Positions 48,720 to 60,360 of a DNA stretch of 64,000 nucleotides are shown in pieces. Location of the stretch: the NCBI GenBank assembly GCA_002269645.1, contig NIVC01003464.1, forward strand, positions 1,901-65,900, written 5' to 3'. Numbering within the stretch: the stretch's first letter is position 1; each line of letters starts with the position of its first letter. The position numbers were made by a program, and so were the translations under genes. Source of the DNA: Macrostomum lignano. Taxonomy: Eukaryota. The notes below the pieces were generated by a model. The model was not told where the DNA came from and did not search any database. It was given only the letters and a program-made list of their open reading frames with translations.

Positions 48720-49030
48720 CTCTTGTCCTGACACCAACCCGTGGCACTCCTGACATCTGCGTGTACTTGAGCTACTCCTGACACCTACTCGGGTCACTCC
48801 TGATACCTACTCGTTCTACTTCTGAAACCTACTCGGGCCACTCCTGACATCTACTTAAGCCACTCCTGACACCTACTTGGACCACTCCTGACATCTACGA
48901 GTACTTGGGCCACTCCTGACACCTACTTAAGCCACTCCTGACACCTACTTGGACCACTCCTGACACCTACTTGGACCACTCCAGACATCTATTTAAGCCA
49001 CTCCTGACACCTACTTGGACCACTCCTGAC
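48720..49030. repeat. Minisatellite, 22 bp unit (ccactcctgacacctacttgga)
   Basis: Direct periodicity; related to 44125-44890. Confidence 0.92.
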
Positions 49031-49266
49031 CCACAGTCGGGGAGCTATGAGAATTTTCAGGAAAAAAATAAATCTTCCTCAGACAGCTTTCCCGACGTAT
49101 TTTTTGCTTTGCCGTCGCCAACTGAGCTAAACTTCACCCATCGAACCCGGAGTCGAAGTGAAAAAGTGGGGAGAACCCGGGCTGATTGGGGAGGAGGGGG
49201 AGAAGAAAAGAGTCAGAACGTGATCCCATGACGGCCGAATTAATTTTCTTTCCTTCCCCCATTTAC

Positions 49267-49357
49267 CAAACCACTCGCCGCCATGGCTACCGTCCCGGAG
49301 ACCCCCAGGGGGATGGTGATGCCGGTAGGACGGCACTTTCTTTCGGCGCTTTCCCAT
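49267..49357 (-). CDS. Candidate first coding exon of the SLC26 gene (MGKRRKKVPSYRHHHPPGGLRDGSHGGEWF)
   Basis: ATG follows a (CT)n tract. The phase-1 donor tttg|gtaaat matches the phase-1 acceptor tattgcag|ca at 43899, which is in frame with the SLC26 ORF. Confidence 0.4.
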
Positions 49358-49829
49358 AGTAGAGAGAGAGAGAGAGAGAGGGCCTTGACTACCCGCTCTT
49401 AACTTTTCCCTACTCGAATTTTTTACTTCGCGGGTATCTTGCGGAAGAAGCCAAGAAGCGCGTGCGCGTCCGAGTCTCTCTTTCGCGCTAATCAGGTCAA
49501 TCGTCCCTGGGGGATGGCCGTAGTCAACGATATCCCCTGCCTAAGCTTGATCGGATAAGGTCGTTCGCTCAACTCGGATTCAATCGTGTTTAAACGACAG
49601 CGGCCGTGTTTTATTATGGTTTGAAAAATTTGATTTTGTGTAATGTTAATTTCACTAGTGGAAGTCTAACTTTAGCCTGCCGTAAAATTGGATTGCTGGA
49701 AATTCTGACAACTAAATCGGAATTTTCTAGGAAATACGAACAGCACGTTGCTCATAATTTTGACACAGGAATTACAACTTTCCAGGAAATTAGCGCCCTA
49801 AAGTCCTGTCCAAGAAAATCCAACTTGCT

Positions 49830-50040
49830 ATGAAATTGGTATCTCAGAGTCCTGGCAAATAAAATCCAACTTTCCAAGAAATTGGTATCTCAGAGTCCTG
49901 GCAGATAAAATCCTACTTTGCAGGAAATTGGTGTCTCAGAGTCCTGACCCAGAAAATCCAACTTTCTAGGAAATTGGTGTCTCAGAGTCCTGACCAAGAA
50001 ACTCTGACACAAAAACTTGAATTTTCCAGGAAATAAGTTG
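49830..50040. repeat. Short tandem repeat, ~45 bp unit (ggaaattggtatctcagagtcctgg...aaaatccaacttt), ~4 copies
   Basis: Direct periodicity. Confidence 0.85.
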
Positions 50041-51019
50041 CTCAGTGCTAATTTTGTTATATTCGACTGGTGAGAACTTTCAATTTGGCATCACAGAAAC
50101 ATCAGCTATAAATAAAATACTATAAATTAGTTTGTAACTAAGGCCTGACGATGCTTTTTCGGCAAGAGCGGCTTCTCGATTTGCCGAAAGAATGACCAAA
50201 GCCTTTGGCAGGGGGTTACCAAGACCAGTGAAAAGCTGGATTCGAACAAGGAAAACCACTTTGCCCCTGCAAATCAGTGCACTAGGAGACAAAAGCTAGA
50301 AGTGAAAACATTGCCAAAAAGACGGTTAGCTAAGGTGGCGACGGTCGCTTCACGGAGACCTAAGAAGGCTCGAGAGGGGTTTCGGGTCAAAGAAACGGAA
50401 GCAAAGCAATTTATGCAGCCTCTCTCCATCATCATCAGTAGCAGCAACATCATCATCATCATCAACGCCATCGAGTCTGTCTAGTGAGTGATTGCGTCCT
50501 AGCTGGGAGCGAAGTCAACTGGGATTTGGTGATCAGTCCGCCCATCCCCCTTGTTTAAGTTCCCTCCCTGACCCTCTCTTTCTTCCCCTTCTCCCCTCTC
50601 CCCCAAGTTCCGAGACCTTGCTGCACAGCCGTCCCAGCTGACGCGAGGCGGTGGGGTGCGGCCGCAGCGCAATTAGCGACAAGAATTATCCTTCGCAGAA
50701 CCGACGAGGGTCAAAGGCGCTCCAAGGGACTAAACGGACTTGGTTTAAAAAAACATAAGATAAGAATTTTACCAAAGCAATGTACTAATTCCTGGTTAAT
50801 TAAGGTTTCTTTATCTTTTTTTAAGTCGGAACACCTGAATGTTAACTCAGATGTCTGGTATGGTTATAGCAGCAGAGAGCAGCTCTGCCGTTAGCGCGTC
50901 AGGATGCCCAGGTTCGATTTCGTGCGGGACCAAATTCATTTGGGACCTGTCGTACACAGTAATCGCACAGAGAGTGTACATGCCTAGTCTTTTACTTAGT
51001 CTTCTTAGTCTACTGAAGC

Positions 51020-51362
51020 TAAACTAAACTGAAATAAACTAAACTAAACTAAACTAAACTGAACTGAACTAAACTAAACTAAACCAAACTATACTAAACT
51101 AAACCAAACTATAAAACTAAACTAAACTAAACTAAACTAAACTAAACTAAACTAAACTATACTAAACTAAACTAAACTAAACTATACTAAACTAAACTAA
51201 ACTAAACTAAACTAAACTAAACTATACTAAACTAAACTAAACTAAACTAAACTATACTAAACTAAACTAAACTACTAAACTAAACTAAACTAAACTTAAA
51301 AACTAAACTAAACTTAAACTACTAAACTAAACCTAAACTATACTAAACTAAACTAAACTAAG
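51020..51362. repeat. (AAACT)n pentanucleotide satellite
   Basis: Run of ctaaa, directly after a SINE-B fragment. Confidence 0.97.
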
Positions 51363-52094
51363 CTTAGCTTAACCTACATTCAAGTCTAGACAGACGGCCC
51401 GAATTTATTTTCCAACTGCACCTCCCCGCTACTCGAGCTCTCGAACTGCGATGCACAATACAAGGGTTCGAACATAAGACCTCAATCAGCTCCCGTATCG
51501 AAGCTAAAGCGAGGTCAGTTCCAAACCAATCCAACTAACCCGACCTCGGCAACAATTGATCAGCCAACTCCCCCCACCCCCAGCTTACTAATCGAGTTGG
51601 CTATCGATCTGGGCAAGCAGACAGTTCAGCCCCGACAGCTAATGAAGTCCCGGCTGCTGGCTGGCACAGAAAATCCATGTAGCTAACTGTCGTTTGAGGC
51701 GGCCTACTCTCGGTCTCGACTTGAGTCTATTTTAGCCGGAAGTGAGAGGGAGAGAGGCTGTTAGTAAAAGCGGATCAGCTCGGATGCAACAGAGTTCGAT
51801 GCGGTACAGCTAATCCTAGTCCTAGCCCTAACCCTAGTCCTTAAACCTGGGGCCCCATCTGGCATTCGGGATTGCGACACTCTGCTCTTGGGTGCGCGTT
51901 TGCTGCGGTGCTCAGTTGCGAGGATTTTTCCGAAACTAAAGCCAAAGAAAAAAAAGATTTTTTAGGCAGCTAAATGGCAAGCAGTGCAGTTATAACCAAT
52001 GAGAGGAAGCACTTTTAGGGACGGATCAGAGTGACGGTTTGGGGCGGATCAGAGTCCGCTTCTTTGAGACTAATTTGACCGGAAAAACTGGTGA

Positions 52095-53640
52095 GAAGAG
52101 TGACCGGGTGAGAGGAGTGACCGGGTGAGAGGAGTGACCGGGTGAGAGGAGTGACCGGGTGAGAGGAGTGACCGAGTGAGAGGAGTGACCGGGTGAGAGG
52201 AGTGACCGAGTGAGAGGAGTGACCGAGTGAGAGGAGTGACCGGGTGAGAGGAGTGACTGGGTGAGAGGAGTGACCGAGTGAGAGGAGTGACCGGGTGAGA
52301 GGAGTGACCGGGTGAGAGGAGTGACCGGGTGAGAGGAGTGACCGGGTGAGAGGAGTGACCGGGTGAGAGGAGTGACCGAGTGAGAGGAGTGACCGGGTGA
52401 GAGGAGTGACCGGGTGAGAGGAGTAACCGGGTGAGAGGAGTGACCAGGTGAGAGGAGTGACCAGGTGAGAGGAGTGAGCGGGTGAGAAGAGTGACCGAGT
52501 GAGAGGAGTGACCGAGTGAGAGGAGTGACCGGGTGAAAGGAGTGACCGGGTGAAAGAAATCACCGGGTGAGAGGAGTGACCGAGTGAGAGGAGTGACTGG
52601 GTGAGAAGAGTGACCGGGTGATAGGAGTGACCGGGTGAGAGGAGTGGTAACCGGGTGAGAGGAGTGACCGAGTGAGAGGAGTGACCGAGTGAGAGGAGTG
52701 ACCGGGTGAAAGGAGTGACCGGGTGAAAGAAATCACCGGGTGAGAGGAGTGACCGGGTGAAAGGAGTGACCGGGTGAAAGAAATCACCGGGTGAGAGGAG
52801 TGACCGAGTGAGAGGAGTGACTGGGTGAGAAGAGTGACCGGGTGATAGGAGTGACCGGGTGAGAGGAGTGGTAACCGGGTGAGAGGAGTGACCGAGTGAG
52901 AGGAGTGACCGAGTGAGAGGAGTGACCGGGTGAAAGGAGTGACCGGGTGAAAGAAATCACCGGGTGAGAGGAGTGACCGATTGAGAGGAGTGACCGAGTG
53001 AGAGGAGTGACCAGGAGAAAGGAGTGACCGAGTGAGAGGAGTGACCGAGTGATAGGAGTGACCGGGTGAGAGGAGTGACCGAGTGAGAGGAGTGACCGAG
53101 TGAGAGGAGTGACCGAGTGATAGGAGTGACCGAGTGAGAGGAGTGACCGAGTGAAAGGAGTGACCGAGTGAGAGGAGTGACCGAGTGAGAGGAGTGACCG
53201 AGTGAGAGGAGTGACCGAGTGAAAGGAATGACCGGGTGAGAGGAGTGACCGAGTGAGAGGAGTGACCGGGTGAGACGAGTGACCGGGTGAAAGGAGTGAC
53301 CGGGTGAGAGGAGTGACTGGGTGAGAGGAGTGACCGAGTGAGAGGAGTGACCGGGTGAGACGAGTGACCGGGTGAAAGGAGTGACCGGGTGAGAGGAGTG
53401 ACTGGGTGAGTAGAGTGACCGAGTGAGAGGAGTGACCGGGTGAGAGGAGTGACCGGGTGAGAGGAGTGACCGAGTGAGAGGAGTGACCGGGTGAGACGAG
53501 TGACCGGGTGAAAGGAGTGACCGGGTGAGAGGAGTGACTGGGTGAGTAGAGTGACCGAGTGAGAGGAGTGACCGGGTGAGAGGAGTGACCGGGTGAGAGG
53601 AGTGACCGGGTGAGAGGAGTGACCGGGTGAGAGGAGTAAG
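52095..53640. repeat. Purine-rich minisatellite, 17 bp unit (gagaggagtgaccgggt), ~90 copies, with higher-order duplication
   Basis: Direct periodicity. The variant pattern at 52561-52740 recurs at ~52785-52965. Confidence 0.97.
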
Positions 53641-54260
53641 GATTAAGTACGAGTAAGTGGGAAATATTGCGCGAACAGCAAATAAAGATTTAGTGCAACT
53701 GGAAGCGAATCTGATACGGCAAAGAATGCGAGTCGCAATTATCGCTCATCTTTTTTGTCGATTTTGGCAGCAATTCAAATGAATTCTGTTCTATGATGCG
53801 AAGATTATCTACTTTTTGGGATATTAATGAGCCAAAATTATACATTTATTTAATTGGCAGTTTAGTACAGATTACATGTAAAACCCCCGTGAAACATCCC
53901 TAACTTACTTTTCAAACAAACAAACTCGGAATGGGAGCAATGCTTTTCGATAATTAACCAATAGAGGGATTTACACAGACAAGCTAGAGCTGATAATGAC
54001 AAGTAGAAGGATGGGAAACTACGTCTCTTTGAAAATTTCGGGAAGATTTATCAAACTAATGAGTCGAACTGTGCTCATTTTTTCGATTTTTAAGCGCAGG
54101 ACATTCACGTAGGATGTAAAATTTATCATAGAATCCCAATTTTCTAAACAAAAAGCTCCGTGAATGTCCTTCTACTAACGTAGTTTCCATTCCTTCTACT
54201 TGAGCAGTCCTTGGACTACTGCTGAAGTACAGAAAGGGGGACGCTACTGTAGTCCATGGG

Positions 54261-56247
54261 TCACACTGCCGTGCTGTAGCCCTCGTCGTCTTGAGGATGC
54301 GGCTTGTGCCCGATCCCGGCCGCCGGGCAAGCCACCAAAGGAAGCCGCTGCTGCACCTGCTGCGGCTGCGGCGCCTGCTGCTGCCTTCCATCCGGGATGC
54401 AGTCGTCAACTTTGGAGGCGCGCAAGTAGGTACCCGAGGCTGTCGAAGCCGCGGCGGCTGTACCCGGTGCCGTCGGCGGCCCCTTGGCGATGGTAGCGTA
54501 GAGGTCGCCGTGCAACGGACACGGCCGGGCGGCCGCAGCAGCCGCCGACGCCGAGCCGCCAACTGACGGTGTGGGCCGCGAGCCCGACGGCGTCGGCAGG
54601 GTGGCTGAAGCCGCCGAGGTGCCAGGCGGCTCGTTGCCACCGCAGCCGTGCACCGGACACACCGGAAACAGTTGCCGCGTTGAGTTACCGCCGCCACCGC
54701 CTCCGCCGACTCCGCCGTGAACCGGACACTCGCGATGCAGCTGCAGGGTATATTCAGCCTCCGGATGAGCCGGCGGACGCGGCTGTTTCTTCATCGTCCG
54801 TCGCTCGTTGACGCCAATTTCAATTTGCTCGCCGCCGGCTGAGTAGAATCCGTTCTCTCGAGACTGCAGCAACTGGCTGTAGCCGCGCTGCTGCGGCTGC
54901 TGCTGCTGCTGCTGCTGCTGCTGGTTCGCCTGCAGCTGGTGCTGCTGCAGTTTGCCGTCGCGCTGACGCCGTCTGGACGCCCCTGCCCGGGTGTAGTGAT
55001 AGAAGAACACACCGCCAATCATGAGCGCGCACGTGATGACAACGATGACGCCCACGCTGACCACCGTCACCAGCTTGCGGCTAACCGCCGCCGAACGAGT
55101 CGAGTCAACCGTGACTCGGTGCTCCAGGCTAGCGTTACCGCGACCGTTGGCAACTCTGCACCTGTACAGGCGCGAGTCGCGTGCGGCGGCGCCAACAATG
55201 GTGAGGCTGGCAACGAAGTTCACCTGGCCGGAGCTGCGCCACATGTGGTAGCGCGGCTGCAGCGGCAGCACGGAGTTGGCCGTCTCGGAGCCGTAAAGCC
55301 ACACGACTTGGCCGGGCGGGTCGCTGTAGAAGCTGCAGGACAAGGTGACATTGTCGCCCTCGTTGACCCGATGGACAGTCCTGGTGCTGCTGACCGAGTC
55401 AACGTACACCTCCGGCAGGCACTGGAACTGCGACTCGTGAGTTGTCTCGTCGAACAGGTGCACCCCCGCCATGCCACTGTAGCCGGTGCCCGGTCGGCCG
55501 GCGGCCCGGCGCACTGCGGACTGCCGGTGACGTTCAGACCGGACCGCTCGCGTACTGCTTGCCGCGCCAGCGGACCAGCCAGCGCAGCCGGCAGTCGCAG
55601 ATCCAAGGATTGTTGGACAGGCTGAGCAGTCGCAGCTGAGAGCCGTCCAAGTTGCTGGCCATGAGGCCTGTGTTTGGCAGGGTCTTCAAGTTGCAGTTCT
55701 GTAGGTCTAGCAGTCGCAGCCGGTGGAGGCCGTTGAAGGCGCCCTCGCGAATGATGAGGCGCACAGTGTGCCGGAGACTGAGTTCGAGCAGGCTGCTCCG
55801 TTGGTACTCGAAGAAGCCGCGGCTGAGCACGACTTCTCCGGGACTGCCGCCCATGTGCAGCACCTGCAGGTTGACCAGCGGCCTCAGAAAGTTGTTGTTT
55901 CGAATGTTCAAATAGTTGTTGGAGATGTCCAGCTTCACCAGCTTCTTCAACGGCTTGAAAGCTCCGTCGGAGATCTGCTCGATCTTGTTTCCGTCAAGCA
56001 GCAGGGTGGTGACGTTCACGTAGCCCGTGAAGGAGTTGTCATGCAGATTGCGGATGAGGTTCCGGCTTAGCAGGAAGTCTTCAACGTCTCGCTCGCTCGT
56101 CATCGAGGGCACGTCTTCGAGTTTGTAGCCGCTGCACACCGCCCGCTGTTTGAGCCGGCCATTGTGCTGGACGTTGACTCTTGAGCACGCGTCCGCTGCG
56201 CCGCTGAATAGCAAAATGAGCGACAGCGGTGGCAGCAACAGCAGCAT
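54261..56247 (-). CDS. LRR-LRRCT-Ig-transmembrane receptor (LIG / kekkon-like), intronless CDS, ~662 aa after correcting two 1-nt deletions (~55564, ~55500)
   Basis: Signal peptide, LRRNT (ACSRV...AVCSG), LxxLxLxxN repeats, LRRCT NNPWICDCRLRWL...PQCAGPP...FQCLP, Ig domain (VTLSCSFYSDP..VVWLY; DSRLYRCRVANGRG), TM (LVTVVSVGVIVVITCALMIGGVFFY), C-terminal class I PDZ ligand STAV. Confidence 0.9.
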
Positions 56248-56593
56248 TGCTGTTTTGTCGCGTGTCGAGTGCTTATTTTCTGGGAGCAGAGGAAGAGCAG
56301 ATCTGCAACAGGATGAGGCGGGATGGGCGTCGGTTTAGCATAGCCGTCTGAATATAAGCACATTGGCGTATTAATTCCATGCTGGGCTTGGCCAGGATTC
56401 CCCCTTGCGACCAACCCCCCCCCCCCCACCCTGAGCTGCCTGCCTCTCTCCCCCATCTTCCCGCCTTCCTCCCCGACATCCTCCTATCCAGTCTCCTTTG
56501 CGCCCCCCCCACCCTTGGTGTCGGTCGATGAATCGGTGGCGCGAGAAGTGGCCAGCGGCAGACGGATGAGTCGGGGACCCCGCGCTTAGAGCA

Positions 56594-56594
<1 letters not shown>

Positions 56595-56666
<72 letters not shown>
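56595..56666. repeat. (GT)n microsatellite
   Basis: Dinucleotide run. Confidence 0.97.
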
Positions 56667-56706
56667 CTGGACCCAGCGGCGTGACCACATGGGCCATACA
56701 GTGGGG

Positions 56707-59340
56707 AATCGACGAGTGTCATAGTCGGGCAGCGGGGAGCGGGGTAAGAAAAAGGGATTGGAGTTGGAGCTCAGAGGAAGAATTGAGATCGCGCGAGCAG
56801 AGCGAAGATGGAGCTTTAGCCGGGTTGGGAAGATAGAGAAGTGGTGGGAGAATGAGAATAAACGGTTTATTGCTAAGCGGTTCCATCCGGCAGATTTTTT
56901 ATTATCGCTGCAACCTACTAAGACATCTGAGTCTCACTTCGCTTCACTTGTCTTGTTTTTTATTTCATTTTCAAATTATTTTTTTCTCACGGAAATATTT
57001 TTCGATACATATAGGCAGTCTATCTCACTTTTACACTTCGGTTTGAGAGAAGTCGTCCAATAATCTATAGATCTAGCTGGATAATCTATAGACCTAGCTG
57101 GATAATCTATAGACCTAGCTGGATAATCTATAGATCTATCTGGATAATCTATAGACCTAGCTGGATAATCTATAGACCTAGCTGGATAATCTATAGACCT
57201 AGCTGATAATCTATAGATTAGCTGGATAATCTATAGATCTAGCTGGATAATCTATATACCAAGCTGGATAATCTATAGATCTATCTGGATAATCTATAGA
57301 CCTAGCTGGATAATCTATAGACCTAGCTGGATAATCTATAGATCTAGCTGGATAATCTATATACCAAGCTGGATAATCTATAGATCTAGCTGAATAATCT
57401 ATAGACCTAGCTGAATAATCTATAGACCTAGCTGGATAATCTATAGATCTTGCTGGATAATCTATAGATCTAGTTGGATAATCTATAGACCTAGCTGGAT
57501 AATCTATAGACCTAGCTGGATAATCTATAGATCTAGCTGGATAATCTATAGATTTAACTGGATAGTCTATAGATGTACCTGGATTATCTATAGACCAAGC
57601 TGGATAATCTATAGATCTAGCTGGTTAATCGTTAGAATACACTCATTCGCAGTGCTATCCTCAGTAAACAGGCATCCTGATAAACTCAGCCGTGTTTCAA
57701 CCCGATGTGTCAGTCAATTCTACTCTGGCAAAAGCAGTTTCACCCGGTTGCTGCTGTTTGTCTGTCAAGCACTTTCTTTCAAACTTTTCGCGCTCTAATG
57801 TCCGGATGAAGAAGAAATTGATAGGTTTGGCATGGTTGAGGCAATAAATCCCTGCTGCCTACGCCTAGCCGTGCGCCATCAATTCCTGTCCATACTCTCC
57901 CCCTCCCCCATCGCTGTCCCCATCAGCTGGCTGAAATCTTGTCGCAGATGTAAAAAACACAGCTAAAATTTGTGTGTATTCTCGCACGCCCACTGATTCA
58001 GTCCAGTCCAGTCTAAAAAAGAGCGAGAGGGGATAGGGGAAAGGAGGATGAAAATCGACGAGTGTCATAGTCGGCAGCGGGGAGCGGGTAAGAAAAAGGG
58101 ATTGGAGTTGGAGCTCAGAGGAAGAATTGAGATCGCGCGAGCAGAGCGAAGATGGAGCTTTAGCCGGGTTGGGAAGATAGAGAAGTGAGTGGGAGAATGA
58201 GAATAAACGGTTTATTGCTAAGCGGTTCCATCCGGCAGATTTTTTATTATCGCTGCAACCTACTAAGACATCTGAGTCTCACTTCGCTTCACTTGTCTTG
58301 TTTTTTATTTCATTTTCAAATTATTTTTTTTCTCACGGAAATATTTTTCGATACATATAGGCAGTCTATCTCACTTTTACACTTCGGTTTGAGAGAAGTC
58401 GTCCAATAATCTATAGATCTAGCTGGATAATCTATAGACCTAGCTGGATAATCTATAGACCTAGCTGGATAATCTATAGATCTATCTGGATAATCTATAG
58501 ACCTAGCTGGATAATCTATAGACCTAGCTGGATAATCTATAGACCTAGCTGGATAATCTATAGATCTAGCTGGATAATCTATATACCAAGCTGGATAATC
58601 TATAGATCTATCTGGATAATCTATAGACCTAGCTGGATAATCTATAGACCTAGCTGGATAATCTATAGATCTAGCTGGATAATCTATATACCAAGCTGGA
58701 TAATCTATAGACCTAGCTGGATAATCTATAGATCTTGCTGGATAATCTATAGATCTAGTTGGATAATCTATAGACCTAGCTGGATAATCTATAGACCTAG
58801 CTGGATAATCTATAGATCTAGCTGGATAATCTATAGATTTAACTGGATAGTCTATAGATGTACCTGGATTATCTATAGACCAAGCTGGATAATCTATAGA
58901 TCTAGCTGGTTAATCGTTAGAATACACTCATTCGCAGTGCTATCCTCAGTAAACAGGCATCCTGATAAACTCAGCCGTGTTTCACACGATGTGTCAGTCA
59001 ATTCTACTCTGGCAAAAGCAGTTTCACCCCGGTTGCTGCTGTTTGTCTGTCAAGCAACTTTCTTTCAAACTTTTTCGCGCTCTAATGTCCGGATGAAGAA
59101 GAAATTGATAGGTTTGGCATGGTTGAGGCAATAAATCCCTGCTGCCTACGCCTAGCCCGTGCGCCATCAATTCCTGTCCATCCCACTCTCCCCCTCCCCA
59201 TCGCTGTCCCCATCAGCTGGCTGAAATCTTGTCGGCAGATGTAAAAAACACAGCTAAAATTTGTGTGTATTCTCACGCCCACTGATTCAGTCCAGTCAGT
59301 CTAAAAAGAGCGAGAGCGGGATAGGGGAAAGGAGGATGAA
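56707..59340. repeat. Direct tandem segmental duplication, ~1.3 kb x2 (56707-58052 and 58053-59340), each with a 21-bp minisatellite (ctatagacctagctggataat; 57058-57628 and 58405-58912)
   Basis: Both copies begin aatcgacgagtgtcatagtc and end ggggaaaggaggatgaa. They differ mostly by 1-nt indels and array length. Confidence 0.93.
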
Positions 59341-59699
59341 AATAAAAGATATTCTCCTCATCTCAGTCAGTGCCCAGCTGCCGGCGTCTTCTCCAGTTTT
59401 TAGTTGAGGCAGGAAAACGCGAATCATCGCCAAATCGAAATTGTTGAAAGGAAATTGGCGGTAATTGGCCAAAGCCACTCCCTGGTGGCATTGCTGACGG
59501 CCCGCATATTCAATGCTCAGAGTCTGTGCTCAGATTGGACTGAACATTCCTTCATTTGTTGGAGAGTTAATTTCGCAAATTCAATGCATTTGGATTGAGC
59601 AGTCTTTTAGCTTTTTAGCTTTTTGCACTGCTTATTGAGGTCTATCAGAGTTGCAAATGAACATTGTGACTGTGTGACAGTTGCTGAGTGAACTGAACA

Positions 59700-60360
59700 C
59701 TCAACGAACTGGAGTGAACTCAATGAGCTGGAGTGAACTCAATGAGCTGGAGTGAACTCAATGAGCTGGAGTGAACTCAATGAGCTGGAGTGAACTCAAT
59801 GAGCTGTTCAGAGTGATCGACTCAATGAGCTGGAGTGAACTCAAATCAGCTGGAGTGAACTCAAATGAGCTGGAGTGAACTCAAATCAGCTGGAGTGACC
59901 TCAATGAGCTGGAGTGAACTCAAATCAGCTGGAGTGAACTCAAATGAGCTGGAGTGAACTCAAATCAGCTGGAGTGACCTCAATGAGCTGGAGTGAACTC
60001 AAATCAGCTGGAGTGACCTCAATGAGCTGGAGTGAACTCAAATCAGCTGGAGTGAACTCAAATGAGCTGGAGTGACCTCAATGAGCTGGAGTGAACTCAA
60101 ATCAGCTGGAGTGAACTCAAATGAGCTGGAGTGAACTCAAATCAGCTGGAGTGAACTCAAATGAGCTGGAGTGAACTCAATGATCTGGAGTGAACTCAAA
60201 TCAGCTGGAGTGAACTCAAATCAGCTGGAGTGACCTCAATGAGCTGGAGTGAACTAAACGAACTAGAGTGAACTCAATGAACTGGAGTAAACTCAATGAA
60301 CTGGAGTAAACTCAATGAGCTGGAGTGAACTCAAATGAGCTGGAGTGAATTAAGAACTCA
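59700..60360. repeat. Minisatellite, 19-20 bp unit (ctcaatgagctggagtgaa / ctcaaatcagctggagtgaa)
   Basis: Direct periodicity. Confidence 0.96.

Noticed and set aside
51810-51850. Telomere-like cctaatcctagtcctagccctaaccctag
   Set aside because: Only one exact CCCTAA unit; too short to call interstitial telomeric repeat.
54569-56070. Plus-strand ORFs antisense to the LRR-Ig, SLC26 (35681-36295) and PH (25249-25815) exons
   Set aside because: Typical shadow ORFs of GC-rich coding sequence with no independent features.
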